Assembly: GCF_018350175.1 (NCBI RefSeq)
Contig: NC_058368.1
Span: forward strand, 105,960,001 to 106,024,000
Length of the DNA: 64,000 bases
Reading direction: 5' to 3'
Source: Felis catus
Lineage: Eukaryota
Notes under the pieces: model-generated
The model's input: the letters and a program-made list of their open reading frames with translations, nothing else
Databases searched by the model: none
Told to the model about the DNA's origin: nothing
Part shown: positions 62,132 through 64,000 of the stretch, one piece after another
How the letters are laid out: each line of letters opens with the position of its first letter
Position numbering within the stretch: the stretch's first letter is position 1
Translations under genes and position numbers: made by a program

Positions 62132-63084
62132 TTTTTGGTATTTAATTGTCATCAGGGTCATAAATCAAATGATTCACCTGGACATTAAATTCTTCTGATA
62201 GCCACTGAACCTCCCCAAAAGAAAATGTTTTGTAATTTATCAAGAGGTAATCAACTTATGGTTATAATGTAGAGAAATTAACCTTCAGTGTGATCAAAAT
62301 GAATTAAAAGTGGTGATATGAGAGAAATTTTCTTTGTTATTACCACTTAGCTAGTAGGATCTCCAAAGCAAATAAAAATAAATGTGAGCAGAACTCACAA
62401 CTTTATTTTTATGAACCTAAGTACTTTGGCTTACTGGTAATTGCAAGGTCTGCTCAGCCAGAGGAAGGAGAATTAGTGGAAAACTCCAATGAAAATCTGT
62501 GTGAGAAAGTGCAAAGGTAAGAATGTCCTAAAAATGGATGAAAATAATATTATCATATAAGAGTAAGCTTCTAACTCAGTTGCCATCATTAAAAGGCATT
62601 GGAAATGACAAATGGAGATCAGCTGTGGTGACTATTTATCTCAAGAAACCTAATTCTTACCAAATGCAAATATTGTAGGGGATAGATTAAAAAAAAAATC
62701 CCCAAAGAGAAACTACTAGACTTTTTCTTGGATTGTCAAGAAAGAAAGGATTACAGACAAGACTCTGAAAAATGATGAAAATGTTACTGTTAATTAAAAA
62801 TTTTGTAACTTCCAGATGTTTCTGGGAATTTCAATTTCTTAGAAACTGTGGTAAGTTTAGTAAAGCACCTGTAGAAGTAATTAAATTTAGTGGAAGACAG
62901 ATGAGAAATTTGCTTCAATTTAACAATTACTTGGTAAATGCTCAGTGAGCTCATATGATAATTCTCAGGTGTACAGTTTTGCAAAGATAAGTGCAGTAGA
63001 TTATTGATCAATAGATATTTTGGCTTTTAGGAAAAAAATTACCTTGTGAACATGCAGATAATTTTCCATAAATCTCCATCTTTA

Positions 63085-64000
63085 ATATTTAAAAATCATG
63101 AGGAATACACACGGGAAAATGTAGAAAATATAAATGTACAATATAACAAATATTTTTGAAATCCACTCATGAAATTCCTCCCAAGTCATACAGTAGAACA
63201 CGTTTAGTGCCCAAAAAGTACCCTGTGTGCTCCACCTGATCACCACATCTTTTCAACTTTTGTTTTCCTTTATAGATTTGCTCTTCTAAAAACAATATAA
63301 TTTAGTCTTCCCTCTTTTTGATATTTATATAAGTGGAATCATAATGCATGCATTCCTTTGATTCTTCATTTGGGGAATCTTTATGAAATTCATCCATGTT
63401 CTGGGGAGTATCTGGAGGAAAAATTCTTAATTGTGCATAGTATTTCGCTGTTTGACTATACCACAGTGTATCTTTTGCCATTCAACTATTTGTGGACATT
63501 TAGTTTGTTTTTTTTTTTTAATTTTTTGGCCATTGTAAGCACTTCCTTCAAAAGCCTTCTATATATTTTAGATCATATGTGCATGTTACTCTAGGGAATA
63601 TACCTGAAGAGAAATTGCTAAGTGAGAGGATATGCATACTTTGTAAAAAAATTTATTATTTTGAGAGAGATGGAGACAGCACAAGTGGGGGAGTTTTTTT
63701 ATGGGGGCAGAGAGAGAGGGAGAGAGAAACCCAAGCAGGCTCTGTGCTGTCAGCTTAGGGCCCGATGTGGGGCTCAAAGTCATGAAATATGAGATCGTGA
63801 CCTGAGAGGTCATGAAACTGAGAATTGGACACTCGACCGACTGAGCCACCCAGGTGCCCCAGGATATGCATACTTTTAATTTTGTTAGGTGACTTCAACT
63901 TTTATCCAAAGGAGTTAAACCAATGGGCATATGTTATAGCATTATAAGAGTTCCCACTGTGGTCTGTCCTTGCCAGCATTTGATTTTGCCAGACATTTTA
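63085..64000 (-). mobile_element. Old L1 3' region (L1ME-like), runs off the window
   Basis: AGTGGAATCATA...TGCATAGTATTTC...ATACCACAGT...TGGACATTTAG...TATACCTGAAGAGAAATTGCT...AGAGTTCC...CCTTGCCAGCATTTG. Confidence 0.8.
63643..63860 (-). mobile_element. Can-SINE inside L1
   Basis: Perfect TSD AGGATATGCATACTTT. Confidence 0.95.

Noticed and set aside
4834..63849. Recurrent ORF family MAQLVK...AQSLEPASDSVSPSLSAPP and MGAPGWRSRLSVRLQPGH...
   Set aside because: These are translations of Can-SINE copies, not a gene family.
401..63860. tRNA-like A/B box sequences (TGGCTCAGTCGG...GTTCGAGCCC)
   Set aside because: They are the tRNA-derived heads of SINEs, followed by (CT)n and poly-A; none is a tRNA gene.
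1..64000. A novel multi-gene system, CRISPR array or prokaryotic-type element
   Set aside because: The DNA is mammalian and repeat-dominated. There is no repeat-spacer array, operon-like ORF cluster or intact long ORF.

Overview
This is 64 kb of AT-rich mammalian genomic DNA from a felid, probably the domestic cat or a close relative. The assignment rests on about 31 Can-SINE (SINEC_Fc-type) copies and felid-type L1 3' ends. The window looks intergenic or deep intronic: I found no intact protein-coding exon, CpG island, tRNA/rRNA gene or CRISPR-like array. The one gene-derived feature is a full-length, intronless, heavily decayed NT5DC2 processed pseudogene (about 21791-23503, + strand) with a poly-A remnant and target-site duplication (TSD). 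The rest is layered transposon debris (SINEC, old and young L1, L2, MIR, MaLR/ERVL/ERV1 solo LTRs, hAT fragments) plus microsatellites. Many ORFs in the supplied track come from SINE, L1 or simple repeats; the rest are short and unrecognised. I did not find a convincing new biological system. The best leads are the retrocopy, which may preserve the NT5DC2/STAB1 overlapping 3' end, a 5'-inverted L1, several young insertions and two repeat-poor unique blocks. Repeat subfamily names come from recalled consensus sequences, not a database search, and boundaries of old elements are approximate.
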